Positions 36,547 to 50,552 of a stretch of 64,000 nucleotides of DNA are shown piece by piece (within the stretch, counting starts at the first letter, position 1; each line of letters starts with the position of its first letter). Below the pieces are notes generated by a model. The model was not told where the DNA came from and ran no database searches. It saw nothing but the letters and a program-made list of their open reading frames with translations. Position numbers and translations under genes: made by a program. Source of the DNA: Saccostrea cucullata (taxonomy: Eukaryota); NCBI RefSeq assembly GCF_032062105.1, contig NW_026933448.1, forward strand, positions 496,001 to 560,000, read 5' to 3'.

Positions 36547-37870
36547 TGTAATCCACTAAACGCGCGTCGACCCTTTATGACGTCACACAGAGATTACGTC
36601 GAACGTTTATCCAAACGCACATCTATGGCCTCTTGACCCAGTACCTGTATTTATACAGTTATAAAAACGCTTGCTTTCAGTAGTGTTATATAAAGGAAAA
36701 CATCTGCAAATGTAAATATATATATATATCACAATGGATATTGAAAACGATGTCGTCCATATCCGTATTATTCCTATTCCAGAGCTGCGTATCATTTATA
36801 CATTATAAAGTGGGACAAGTCTGTAATGATATTGAAATGTTTATCTTTATTAGCTTTGACATTTATAATTGTAGTAAAGTTACCTCAATTAAATTTGGTT
36901 ATCAACAAACTCTGAAACACTGAGCCTTTCCCTTTGATATATGTTTCCTGTATTTTGCACGTGTTGTAATTCTATATGCTGAGATTGCAATTTTAATGCT
37001 TATTATCAATAAAGTTAGTTGAAAGTCAGAGTCTCATGTGGTATCATTACATGGTGTCAGAATGGACAAACTTAACCCGCCACCAATTATCTCACTAGAA
37101 GGGAACTTAAAAGAAATTTGAACAATTATTTCAAATTTATCTAACAGCGAGTGGAATGGACGACAAAGAAGACAAATTAAAAAACAAATATTTTGCTTCA
37201 TCAGATGCTGTGGAGATATATAACACTTTTGAATTTGAGGAAGCCAGGGACAAACTTACGTCTGTCCTGGATAAATTCAAGGATTACTGCAACCCAAGAA
37301 AAAATATAATATTTGAACTGCACATTTTCAACTCAAGAAGTCAAAGACCAATAGAACCTATTGACAGTTACGTTACGGATCTAAAAAAAAAAAGGCCAAG
37401 TCATGAGAATTTGGCGGGATCAAGGATTCGTTAAATCGAGATAGAACCATACAGGGCATTAAAAGTGACGGCGTAAAGAGTCGACTATTAAGAACTCCGG
37501 ATCTCACCCTTGAGAAAACCGTGGAAATTTGTCGAATTAAAGAATATTAAGGAAAATTAAAGAATGTAAATATAAGCATTGAATTCAATTTCAATAACGC
37601 GCGGTATTCAATTTGTCGGCACGGCCAGGTGTGTTATAGGACCGAAGATATCCAAAAAGATGAATTCAATGCTTAAAAAGAACAATCATTTTTTTCTAAA
37701 ATGTGTCGAAACACAATGCCACGGGAACCACATGAATTTAAAAATTCGAAGCGTTCAGTTAATACAGTGAATACCCATGAATCGGACAGTGAGTACAGCG
37801 TTGACACTGTCGCCATGGAAAACTCAAAAAGGGAATGGACGGCGCATATCAAAATAAAATGTATTTCACT
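36547..37870 (+). mobile_element. 3'-truncated Gypsy (Mag-like) element: LTR 36547-37051, PBS, decayed gag from 37062
   Basis: TGTAAT...ATTACA followed by TGGTGTCAGAA (tRNA-Leu-type PBS); gag motifs AVEIYNTF, YCNPRKNIIFE..F..R.Q..E.ID.YVTDL, LTLEK.VEICR. Confidence 0.85.
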
Positions 37871-37984
37871 TTAAAAATTAAACTGCGTCACGTACCTTTT
37901 TAATGCGGTAAGTAAAATTCGAAATGTTATTTCCTAGTTAAATATTAATTTGAAATTGCACATGGTTGCAAATTATTTGCCCCC

Positions 37985-38228
37985 TCCCCCTAGCACAGTG
38001 ATAAGAGTGTTTCCTAGAAGTTGATTTTGAATCCCAAGTGGAGACAGGTCTTTCGGATGAGACCGTATACACTGACGTTCAGTGTCACAGTAATAAATGC
38101 TGGTACAAAAACGATCCCTCTCTGCTGAATAACCTTGAAAGTCGAGTATAGATCTAAAATTTGCGTCCTGCATCGGTAAGTAATGATAAGTTAGTGAAAA
38201 ATTCTCTAGATGGGCGCTAATTGAACAA
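37985..38228 (+). mobile_element. tRNA-headed SINE (bivalve Meta-SINE-like), degraded
   Basis: A-box-like TAGCACAGTGATAAG, B-box-like TTTGAATCC, core GAGACCGTA...GATCCCTC.CTGCT; related copy at 44062. Confidence 0.6.
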
Positions 38229-38960
38229 GCCAGAATCAAATAATACATGAATTTCTGTCTAACTGTTTGTTGACAAAATGAAAAAAAAATCTGCCTTTTA
38301 AATTTCCTTGATAAATTTTCCGCCTTTTGATTTTTCCTTAATTTTTCTCTTTACTCCGGTTCTATTGAAGAGAAATAAATTTGTTTGCTGACTGCTCCTA
38401 TTTTGTATTGTTCTTATACATTTTTTTATCTTGAATACTGTTTGTTATATCTATATGTTTCATCCAAGTCTTAACATTCCAAAGAAAACCATGTCATAAC
38501 TTCGGGAGTTTACTTCTTTTAAAAAATTACAGCCATTTTCCCCGACACCCATGACGCAATGAATAAACGGTAATTTGTGAATTCGTTCCTTCGTCGTTTC
38601 GCCGACATAATTTGATGGTGGCCGCTTTTAATACAAATTCTAGAATACAATCTCTTTAGTTTGATTAATGTCCTAAAATAAAATGTGGAAACGTAACATT
38701 TATTTCCCGTCTTTTGAGATTGATTTTTCTTTTTTTATTCATTTTAAAATAAGGTTTCTCTGCACATGCACTTGTTTCAAATATATTTTTTTAAACCCAT
38801 TGTATTATGATAACAAGTGTTATTATTATTACCATTAAGGAAGTTAAAGAATTATTGATAGACAGAAGTATGATATCATGATATCCTGTCAAGTGAAGGG
38901 CTTCAAGTATATTAAAAAGTAGAAGAGTCATTTATTTTCAATCTATATCTAGCCAGAAAA

Positions 38961-41900
38961 ATGGGAAGTTATAATTGTGTAAGTTTTATTTAATATTATT
39001 CTATTTTACCGTTTAATTTACGCATCTTTCTATTACTATTGGTACTTACTAGAATGTTTCGCCAGCTTACTCAGTAAGGAATGAAAACCGGATATAGACT
39101 AGTTGGCATGTCTGTATTATCATATACCTCTCCCAACAAAGTTGGGTCATAATTCTATTAAGTCTTCTTCTCGGTATTTATGAAGATGCAACAATGAACG
39201 AATCATTAAACCCCTGGTTAGAAAGTTGATCGAAATGGCTGTATCTCTGACTGTCTTTAACGATTTGGGGGACCCATCTCATCCTCTTAAGCCAGTAGTG
39301 AAATTTAATGAGACTTTCGCAGACCAAAAAATAGTGTTATTATGCATTTCCTATTTCATTTTTTGAGCGGACACATATGTTTGGTCTGTCGTAGCAAAAG
39401 GTGGAAACTATCATTATTCCTATAACACCGAAGTGTACTTTTCTTATCCGCAACTCATCTCATACTACATTATGATTTCTAGTGATACTATCACAGATTC
39501 ATCATTACATGATGCCATTGTGCGTCTCTTGTTTCACATTTGATCTGACACTTATTTCAGGTCTCCCTGAGCAAAACATGAACTATGCCATTATTATCAT
39601 ATATGGGGGTGGGGGTATCATTTAGCAAGGGCAGTGCTGACAGTGCGTCTTGTTAAAGACTGGAACTGTAGAAAATAATGCAATTTTCAGAAGAAAAAAA
39701 TGGCGGTTATTTCCTTATTCTTATTTTAAATTTATTATATTTCAGTTGCTCATTGATTAGATATAAAGAAAAAATCACAAAATCATATTGTGATATAACT
39801 TTTACTTTTCAGACATTTTTGACTTTCTTTTGTGTCTTCGTGGCTGTTTTGGGAATAGAAAGTTGGAATCATTGCACAAGTAATCCTAATTGTCGCTGTA
39901 TCCCAAAAGATAACAAAAACTATATAGCAGACTGTTCGAATCTAGCAATCACAGAGGTACCGCGAACGCGACCAGATGTCGACACTCTCAATATAGGACA
40001 TAATAGAATAAGTCACATCATGCATCCGTTCAGTCCCACACTTGTGAATTTGGATATGTCTTATAACCAGCTTCAAAACTTTACTCATGACGTGTTCGCA
40101 AATTTAACACGCCTGAGAACTCTAAATTTAGAAGGAAATCAACTTCAATTGGACGACAGCGTACTCAGACCGGAAGTCTTCCGAGACATAAAAGCTTTAC
40201 GTTCAATAAACATTAAGAAGACTATAGTCAAAGCACAGAGCACATTTCCATATAACATGTGGGGCCAGCTGTCCTCGTTAGAGACTCTCCGGATTGACGT
40301 CATATCATCGACACAATTTGGTCGACAGTTTCGCTCATTAAGGTCATTGACTGTCCTGGATGTATCAGGCTGCTCCGGGTTTTGCTCGATAGAAGAAATT
40401 GGAGAAAAGTTCTTGGAAAATCTGCCTCACTTGGAGATTCTGGATTTGTCTTGTTGTCAGATAAAAGGATTCTCAGCAGGTGCCCTGAAAAAACAACGAA
40501 ATATAACGGTCCTTGATATTTCATACAATGAAAAACTTACATTTGCAAGTTTTGCAAATATAACAAGCGATTTACAGTTTTCCAAAATAAAGGTTTTCAA
40601 AGCTAATAAAATCCACTGCACGTATGGATTAGGTACTGTGATACAAATTCGTGACGTCATGCACTTTCAGAACACATCTCTTGAAGAACTTTACCTAGAG
40701 AACAACAGACTAGCTCTTGTAGAAAGATATGCTATCCGCTATTTTCCTCACACTCTCAGAATAGTGTCGCTCGTCCGAAATAAAATGTCACCTGGTACTT
40801 ACTTGATGGATGTCGTGTTCTTGACAGGGATGGAATCACTTGACTTGTCCCTCCAGATGGGGTCCACGCCCATCAGCGACCTTATAGACGCTTTCACTTG
40901 TCAAAACCCTATACGACCTTCCAATAACACAATAGAGAGTCATTCCAACAAATTCAACACAGAACCATTTCAAATGAGATACAATACTAGTATCACCGAA
41001 ACTCTGCCAAGAAATTTAAGAACGCTCATACTGAGAACATGTGGCATACGTCTGGAACTGTTTAGGATTCTTGTTAACCCGTCCAATCAGTTATCCCATG
41101 TTGACCTTTCACAGAACGTAATTACCAGCTTCACGGGGCCTATTATAGGATTTAATAAACTGAAATATTTGGACTTGTCAGATTGTCTTTGTTCCTCGCT
41201 TTCAACTGTTTTTTTTTATTTAACGACAGCACTGCAAGTCTTAAAGCTTAACAAGAACCTGTTAGGTTTCAGTTTGAAAGACGATTTGGACGGAGGAACC
41301 TTTAAGAATCAGGTCAATCTTCAAGAGCTAGACTTATCGGACAACAGAATACAACGGCTACCTGAAATGTTATTCAAAAATCTAGGAAAGCTTCAAAAGC
41401 TGAATTTAAGTTCTAATTTCCTGACAGAATGGAATGTGAAGATGAGTAACATGCGGAACTTGCTCATGATTGATATTTCAGTCAATAAGATAAGGCAACT
41501 CAGTCAGGACGCCACAGTCTCTATTGCAGAAATGTTGAAAAAGAATACACATTTTAAAATTTTTCTGGCAGACAATCCTTTTGCTTGTTCATGCGATTCT
41601 CGACATTTTTTACAGTGGTCTTCCAAAAATCGCAAGCATATCTCGGACTTTCATCAGATGAAATGTAAGTTAGACAATGGAACAAGCTTTGGTTTCCAAG
41701 ACATAGAAACAGTTTTACGATTGCTTGAAATTCAGTGTAAAAATTATCAAGTGTTAATATTCATAATAACTTCTGTCATAGTGTTCTTTGTGATAATCAT
41801 TGTTACCGGTTTAATTTACCGGTACCGATGGAAACTGCGGTACTTGTTTTATATGACTAAAAACAAATACCGATTAGTCAGACCTATATATCGGGATACG

Positions 41901-42344
41901 TTTACGTTTGATGCCTTTATATCATATGCCGATGAAGACAGTGACTTCGCGGTACACGAGTCGATTTCCCAGCTAGAGGAATCAAGAGGACTGCGCCTGT
42001 GCCTCAGCAAGAGGGACTTCCGGCCCGGTACAGAGATCGCAGCTAACATTACAGAAGCCATCACCAAGAGTCGTAAAACAATCATAATTCTGTCCAATCA
42101 CTTCCTGAACTCTTACTGGTGTATGTATGAATTCAATATGGCAAGGATGGAGAGTATTTATACCCGGAATGGAAAGCACGTACTGTTCATGGTTATGTAT
42201 CGACACGTGACTGCTAAGATGTTGCCTTTATCAATGCTGGCCTTGGTAGAAAGTCATTCCTATATCGAGTACCCAGACGATCCTCAGGGGAACATCGTTT
42301 TCTGGGACAAAGTAGCTGATACATGCAGAAATCCCTCAGATTAA
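38961..42344 (+). CDS. TLR: Toll-like receptor C, join(38961..38978,39813..42344), 849 aa
   Basis: Same architecture as TLR-A; exon 1 MGSYNC|GTAAGT; in-frame acceptor TTTTCAG at 39812. Confidence 0.93.
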
Positions 42345-44061
42345 AGTAGCTGACACCTGGAAAAGCATTCAGATTAATATAACTGATACCTGCAGAAAAC
42401 CTTGATTAACCACTGAGATCTGTAATAGGTCCTTAAGACAACAAATCTGAAACCTGTGATAAGCCTTCTTTATAAAAAAAAAATAGATGAAATGAAAAAA
42501 AAAAAGAAAAATCTGATTGATCTCAAGAAACTTACAAAAATACAGATTTGTGAGCTATTCATTATGCAGATGGTGAACAGCATACTCAAACTCAAAAGTC
42601 CAAAGGGACATTATATGAAATTTGGAGCTTATCAATCACGATTCTTCAAAATAATCATTTCCTGTCAACTAATCAAATCAGCGGAAAACCTATTTTAAAA
42701 GTCGTCAAGATAAGAATAGCCAAACCTGGGGAAATTTTAGATTTAAAAACACTGAATTCACGAAAAAGCTTTAAGCTCTAACCCTGCAAAAGGCTTGCAA
42801 AATAAAAATAACTGAAACCCGCCAAATGAAGACACAACGGAAACAGCCATCTTATTGATATTCTCCCTCAGTTGAAATGCAGATGTTTCTAAACATTAGA
42901 AGTTGTTGCTTAACGTAATTAAGTCATACAGGTATACCACTTTGTAAAAGTGACACCACAAAATTGAGGATCTGATTCTATGGGTTTTCCCTGCAGTTTC
43001 ACATGTAGAGTGATCTGCCCTTAGATCTGAATTATAACAAATAGAAATTTACAGTATATTACCCAATTTGTAATTAATTCAAGTATTCTTAAGATTTTAA
43101 AATGCCAAGAAAAATTAATTGAACATGTTATTTAAATGTAATGTGTACATCATGGAAGTAAACAACAGTGATATCTATTCACTGATACAATGTTGTCTTA
43201 GTACATTTTTCCCTGAGGTAAATGACACGTACCATATTGAAAATTAAATACTATACAGTTGGAAAATAACTCGCGGTGTAAATATTCGCTATATTCACGG
43301 TATTTGAAAATGAATCCATGAATTAAAAAAAACAGTGAATAAGTTTTCAATAGGTATAGATAAGGGGGGAAACTTTTATTATATACCAATTCCGCGAATT
43401 CAAGAAACCGTGATTGTGTCAAAGAAGAGAAAAACGTGAAAATAACAACCAGTGAAATAAATCCTCTACTGTGAAGTCACTAATTTTCGTGGAGTCACTT
43501 TCACATTCTATAAGTATAACTATGTATTGTATGTAGATCCGATGTAATAGTGTACCATAAGATGAAAATTATAATACTTGTACACGTGAAAGTGTTATAT
43601 CAATAATTTTTTTTTAATTTAAAAACAATATCAGTGACAGTTAAACACTGAATGAAAGTGAGTAAAATGTGGTGCAAGGATGGTCCAGATGTCATTGATT
43701 TTTAGTAAAACCAGTTTTTTTTTTAAATTTGATAAAGATCACAAAAAAATGGTAATTACACACAATACGTACCGCAAAGTACAGATTCATTGTTTTTAAG
43801 TATCGGTGATATTTTATTTTCTTTCATTTGTACATTTGTTGACAAGACTCATTTGTTGTATTAATTTGAAAATATCATACCATTCTATAAAGTAGTTTTT
43901 AAATTTAAATACATTTATTAAAGTGAACACTTAGAAATTTTGTTAAGTGTATAGAATAAAAATCTCTACTTTTCCGCTTAAGCATAGTTATTGACCCTAA
44001 TTTTTCATTTCCTCGTACATTAATAATTTGAAACTTAACATGGTTGAAAAAAAATTTTGAT

Positions 44062-44275
44062 CGCCCGCCTGGCACAGTGGTAAAAGTGTTTGCTAGGAGT
44101 TGAGTTTGAATCCCGCGTGGGACGTGGAAAATGGTGCTTCAAAAGAGACCGTATAAACCATGTTACTACTGCAAGTGCAGTATAATGAAAATAGACCCAA
44201 TTCTGCTCAATGACCCCGAGGAGTGAGTAAAGGTCTAATGAGCCCTCAATCGATTAGTGATGGCGTTTCAATCAA
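44062..44275 (+). mobile_element. tRNA-headed SINE, degraded
   Basis: TGGCACAGTGGTAAAAG...GAGTTTGAATCCC...GAGACCGTATAAACC; similar to the 37985 copy. Confidence 0.55.
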
Positions 44276-45750
44276 GCTAGTCTTGTCCTGATTTTTAAAA
44301 AGTAGGCTAGAAATAACTTCTTACGGCAAATAATTATTATTTGGTCCAGCATACTTTTTCAACCTATTTCGAGTATGCTGAAAATATGTTGGCCTCCATG
44401 AAAATGGTGTTAAAGATGTCAAAATGGCGATTCAAAATGGCGGACATCCAATTTTTCTAATTTTCTGATAGTATTGTTCAAAATGGAGAGGTTATGTGTG
44501 AATATCTCTCACTGAGTGTAATAAAGCTTTTAAAATGATAATAGAATGCTTACATTTTTAGTTTAATTCAGAAAATTTAGTCGTTTCTACACTTAATTCG
44601 AATTTTCTCTGATTTATTTGTCGATTGTTTCTACACTCTGCTTTGGTAAGGATTTTACATTTGCAAATATCCATACACTGCAGATTTGTATTTTTACCTC
44701 TGCATCTCACTATTCTATAATTGAATAATGGTGCAGCTGTAACTTAAATTTAAATTTTCGGAAAAATCTCCGCAATGGTCCATCCATAAGGCCAGATAAA
44801 ATTAATCATTAGATTCTCATCCTAATTTGCTAAAAAATTGGGGCGGATGGGCGGATTTTATTTTTTATACATATTAAGTTATAAGTATCAACACAACATA
44901 GACTCTTGGTACCCTTTTTTTATTATGTTAATGCCAATACGAATAGATTTTGTTCTTTCCATATTCTTTATTATATCTAAAGAAGATTCTTGTTTTAAAA
45001 AATAAAATATTTATTGCCGGTTAAATAACAAATTATCAGGTACACACATACGGCACACGCCAAACAAAATGAGGTGGGGATATCAATAAATTGTGTATGC
45101 GTGACTTCTCATCGGCCTTAATTTCCCCAAATACCTTTTAGTTTTACCAATAAAACCGTTTTCTGTAAAATATCATAGATTTCCACCTTCCTTAAAAATT
45201 TGATCGTTCTTGAGACTTGACATGTTCGACATTAAAATAGGTCATATCTGCAAAATTTATAAATTATTCTAATAAAATATTCTAGTGAGAAACCTAGAGG
45301 CCTGAATGGTTTAACATTTAACATTTCCCTAGCATTCAACATTCTCTAAAGTCTGCCAACGATGTTTTATTTATTTATTTTTTTTATCAAAGCATCACAC
45401 ACACTTCTTACAATCTTACAACTTACGTCATGTTAATTTTTTTTTTATTGGTTCTCAAAAAACCTATGCTAGCTGTTATTGAACTCTGATTTAAAAACCA
45501 TGTCACTGTTCGATTTTCTTGTTGCCATTTTAAAAACCACGCATACCTTAAGGTATTCCAATCCTCAGGTTCTAAAAACCAGTCATTGACTTACTGAAAA
45601 TGCTCACAAGAATGTCTCTGAATTCTCAAAATATTTTGTTTTTACCCATGATAATTCTTAAAAGTTCATGTTTGACCTATAGGAGAAAACTATTTCCCGG
45701 AAAAAGTGACATTTAAAAATTAATCTTTATTTGCTGTTTTCTATCGTGTA

Positions 45751-47890
45751 CAGGGTGTTTCACAATATATGTCACACATCTAAATGGGCATAATCTAAAT
45801 ATCGAACATGTTACCAAAACTACCAAAACACTCTAGGTAAGCATATTGATTTAAAATTATGATATTGCAACGCATCGGGAAGATTATGATATACCAATTA
45901 AAAAAGGTAGATCGCGGGTTTGCTGACGTCACAATAGGATTTGACGTAAAAAGCTTACCGCCTTCAGATTAGCAAGCAAAAAAAAAAAATTTCAGCAGGA
46001 TGCAGTAAAAAATGAAACATATATTAAAGTTTGTTTGGTGTATTTAAATAGATATTTTCATATGTAATTGAGAATAAATTATGTTGAGATCAAATTGGTC
46101 TTTACACTATAAGTAGTTTTAACGCTGATATCTGTTGTGTGTACGTACCTTTCTAAAATACTCAGTACCAAAATGTTACCTAATTGTTGAAACAATACGA
46201 GGACATATCCACCGCCGGAGTTTGTGGCGCCTGCCGTGCAGTTAATTTTTTTTTTGTACATTTTTATAAATTTTGTTTTGAAAATATTCAAATGTTGACG
46301 CACGATACACGACGCACAACGACGGACGAAAACGGATAGCAATAGGTCACCTGAGTTTAGATGTTGTTTTTTTTCTTACATCCATGTACATTTGTTAGAG
46401 TTTTTCTGCACCCCTATAGCCTTATGTTTACTGCGAGAAAAAGAAAACACATGACACTGAAATACTAGTTGTGCCACGCTGTTGGTAAACTATGGCAATG
46501 ATTATACCGGGAAAATTGAACTGCTTTATTTTAAGTGAATTGTTGATTAATTCAATTTTTTTGGAGCCATGCAGGCATATGAAAATAATGACGTCGCACC
46601 ACGTAATATAACGTCATGATGAAAATATAATATTTCCGATGAAAAATTGTAAAACTCTACAGCTTTTTTGCAAGAAATTAAGCCAGAACACATATTAATT
46701 TTTTTTGATAAATAGATTCTTAATTATATTCAGATTCATTGTATCAAATAATATAAAATTCGTCTGCTTCGTTTTAATGTAATGATAATGGTTTTGAAAT
46801 GCGTATATCGGCAGAACAGGGACATTTTACTATATATTACATTGAAAAAGCGTCACTAGTTCTCATCAACATTAGCGCTTTTAAATTACGATTACAATCT
46901 AACCACGCAGACGAATCTCAAAAAATTTCGGAAAGAAAAATTTAAAACGAGAAGAATTAGCCGACAAATTTTTAGCCTATGTTTTCAGGCAGACAGTTAA
47001 CCCGCGATCTACCTTAAGTAACTGACGATTAAATCAGTGATGTCATAATTTCAGCTGTTTTCAAAATGGGATACAACTTGAAGCAATAATTTGTTGTAAA
47101 CTTTTATTGTTATTGCAAGAACGTTACCCTAAATATTGTACAGGGTGTGATGATGAAAAATATCCAGACCAGAAATTGCTGTCTAGTTTTCATATATTAA
47201 TAAGAATAATTAGAGAGTTTGTACTAAATTATAATGTTAAGATGAAAGACATTTAAATCCTGCCCCCCCCCCCTACCAAAAATCAAGAAGAGATGAGAAC
47301 AATATCAAAATGAAGTCAATCATGAAAGTTAGATCCGGGGTAAGTAAATGGATTGTCACAATGCCAGTAAGGGTATCTTATGTATTTAGAAATCTAAATT
47401 TGTGTGCCTGCATACAAGATTTCAGCATCTAAAGCCAATTGACGTTCAGAGCCTGTTAAAGTTTGCAAGATTGACTGAAAGGAAGAGCGAAAGAAGTGGA
47501 CACTAATTCACATACGGGTAGTTCGGAACCGACACAATTTTATTTCAATGCAACTTTCAATAAAAATACATATGAACTTTGGGGGTTCTAAAAAGCCAAA
47601 TATAAACAAGAAATGTCTCAAGTACCCTGTGAAGCTTACAAACAGTGGTCAGAAATTTATAAGCATTAGTCTCTGAAGTTATTTAAGACAATGTTGTGAA
47701 AACACTTGGAGAATAACATTTTAGGATTTGTTGCCATAGTAAACTAAGTGGAGATTGTTGGATACTTCTGACTCAAAAAAATAATTTTGAATATATGCTG
47801 ATTAAAATGTTATATAAAATGTATATGTATCTTTTGTTGGCATTTATCTATCTGTCTGTAGATGTGTGACATATATTGTGAAACACCCTG
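45751..47890. mobile_element. Tc1/mariner-type relic with ~32-bp perfect TIRs
   Basis: CAGGGTGTTTCACAATATATGTCACACATCTA / TAGATGTGTGACATATATTGTGAAACACCCTG; WGFLKAK-like relic at ~47580. Confidence 0.8.
45905..47014. mobile_element. Nested Kolobok-like MITE containing a HINE fragment (46180-46360)
   Basis: AGGTAGATCGCGGGTT / AACCCGCGATCTACCT, followed by TAA. Confidence 0.65.
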
Positions 47891-48268
47891 TGTATATGTT
47901 TAATTTTTTGTATTTTATACCTAAAATTTTTATAATTTACAACTTTACAATAAACCTCCGAAGTTGGCCGAAGCAGCATTCCATATTGTCCGTTTAATCC
48001 CAGATGCAATGAATAGAAACAAATATTAACTTTAATCACATTTATTGTAAAACAATGATTACATTTTATGGCAAGTATTTGTCACAATCTATTTATACAT
48101 AGATGTAAATACCCCGGAGGAATCCAGGGACTCACTACCTGCCGACTGACCTGGCGCGATAGCGCACCCATAGGTGACTGTGGTGGGAACAGACCTCTTG
48201 GAACCCACAAGAGTGAATGCCACATGGAATGAATGAATTCAAGTTCTGACCCAGGTCCTCACTCTATA

Positions 48269-50552
48269 CAGTCATTTAGGGTATTTCGGGTCATCGGGGT
48301 TTTCTTGACACAGTTCGCGCAAAACGTAAAAGAAAAACAAGAAGCTATTGCAGTCACGTCCAGCAAGGTATGTTATATGCATTCACACAGTTACAAAGGA
48401 AAATATTGAAAATAGATGTCTTAATTAATACGTTGATTAATTGGCGTATGTTTACCGATCATAGAATTTTGCATGTCAAAAACGGAGACATCTTTTTTTC
48501 TTCGATGATGTGAAGTTTACGTCTGATAAAACAATACATGTTATATACTGCTGGAAAGGAAAATTTATACGCTTTCTAATGCAACTAAACAAATTCTGGT
48601 TGCAATAAAATCTATTGAGGTAGTGGTGTATTCCTAACCCCCTTCGGTTTAGTGTATTTCGGGTCACGTGTGTTTCTACAGCTTCGTGTTTTGGTACGTC
48701 ACATGTCAATGTTTACATTGTGCTTTTTCAATATTATCATGATTATAGCTTTTCTTTATGTAGAAAATTTGTTATACTAAATTAAACATTATAAAAATAA
48801 TCATTTTGTTAAAAAGAAAAATCCATTTTTTTTTTGTATGTGTGAAATAAAGTTGCTGCGACCTAGATTCGTGCTGTTATGTGGTAAAGTGTTGTGCAAA
48901 AATATTGTACATTTACAGTAGTGGTGAATGCTTCCAGTGGGGGGTTATTAGATGCGTTAAGAATATTCTTTTTCTTATAAATCTGTATGACTGTATTTTT
49001 TTTCTCTTACAGGAACCCAACAAGGAGATAATTTATATCAAAAACTGTGTAATTAAGGGCTTTCATGAGTATAAAGTAAAGCCACTTGTGACAAGTGATT
49101 TGGAACTTCAGGTCGACAGAGAATATTCAAATATTCATGATATAGATGCATGTGTAGTCTGGGTTTAGAAAATGTTCCAGAGAACCTGGAACATTCAGTG
49201 AGTGATGAAAAGAGAGGCCTGAAATTAAGTGACATAGCAGGTCTTCCTTGTGGTCATGTTCCGAGAGGTTTGGCGAGTGCCTTTAGGTATGTGATGGATG
49301 CTGGAGGTGTGATAACTGCAACCGTTACTGGTGAACCATTGCCAAGTTTTCCACCCTGGCCCCATGTGCTGGACAAAGGAGGAGGTGTTGTTATACCCTG
49401 CCAATACAAAGTGTGTCCCAAAAACTTCCATGCAGCATTGACTGTTATAGAGCAGCATATTGAATATATGCCTGAAAAGTGGTCATTGATGTCTCCTTAT
49501 CATAAAGTGTACATGCATCACATATGATTCTTTGTATCAAAGTTCATTTCATAGAATGTGAAGTTGTTTTTATATGTCCAAAGTAGGACCTTTGTTTTTT
49601 TTTAATATAAAAGTTTACATACTAAGTTTGACATACTTTATATCATTTTAAGATGCACATAAATTTACCATAGAATTTGCAATAAGAGAGAGAGAGAGAG
49701 AGAGAGCATGAATTTGCCAAAGACTGCAATAAGAGAGAGAAAGAGGGTGCACATAAATTTGCCAAAGATTTTGCAGAGAGAGAGAGAGAGATGCACATTT
49801 CCACTAGAAAGTGAGGGGGTGTTTTATATTGTAGTATCAAGGTACTATATTATTATTATGTTTATTTTGTAGATCTATAGATTTTTTATATGTTTATATT
49901 TTATATGAGTCCAAGTAGGACGAATTTACTTTTTTTTGTTACTGTATAATTTTTTATAGCCTTTTACCATGTTTACATTAATTCCTAGTCATTTTCCCGT
50001 TATTTAAAACCAGGTGTTTCCATTGTTACTTTTTTTTCTTTGTTAAATAGTCATTTTATTCAAATAAATAATGACATAAAATGTTTGTCTCTGAATGTTA
50101 CGAGAGAATTTAACAATCTAAAGGTCATAATTTCATGGTCTTCAAGCTAGATCCGCCCCACATTACACACGGTCAATATAGTGTGTTGATATCAGCTTTC
50201 ACCGTGAGCGATTTCCCCCACAAAAAAATCATTTCTGCTGAAATAACAATTGGATATTAGCAAAACTAACTAATTTTGGTCATAAAACAACATTAAATGT
50301 AATTTTTGTTTTGTTTTGCACACGTTTATAAAGTGACTCGAAATAACCGGAAGTGACCCGCAATTCCTTAAACTGGAGGTCTAGATAAAGCTCCTGCGGT
50401 CATTTTATCAAAGATAATCGCAATTTGGTTCGTAAGTCTTTTCAATCAAACAATAAACTTCTTAATAATGCCCAGGAACCATTAATAATCTTGTTTGTTT
50501 AATTAATTGCAGTAGAAATGTAAAAAGTGACCCGAAATACCCTAAATGACTG
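48269..50552. mobile_element. 2.3-kb TIR DNA transposon (perfect 25-bp TIRs, TA TSD) carrying a HIRAN-like gene; no transposase
   Basis: TA|CAGTCATTTAGGGTATTTCGGGTCA ... TGACCCGAAATACCCTAAATGACTG|TA; internal TIR-like copies at ~48650 and ~50335-50365. Confidence 0.92.
49013..49527 (+). pseudogene. HIRAN-like domain exon with one frameshift near 49165
   Basis: IKGFHEYK...LQVDREYSNIHDIDACVVW / GHVPRGLA...ITATVTG...GVVIPCQY pattern; acceptor TTTCTCTTACAG at 49012. Confidence 0.7.

Noticed and set aside
39678-39812. 45-aa N-terminal extension of TLR-C in the ORF track
   Set aside because: The homologous stretch in TLR-A and TLR-B is not open and ends in a conserved acceptor, so it is intronic.
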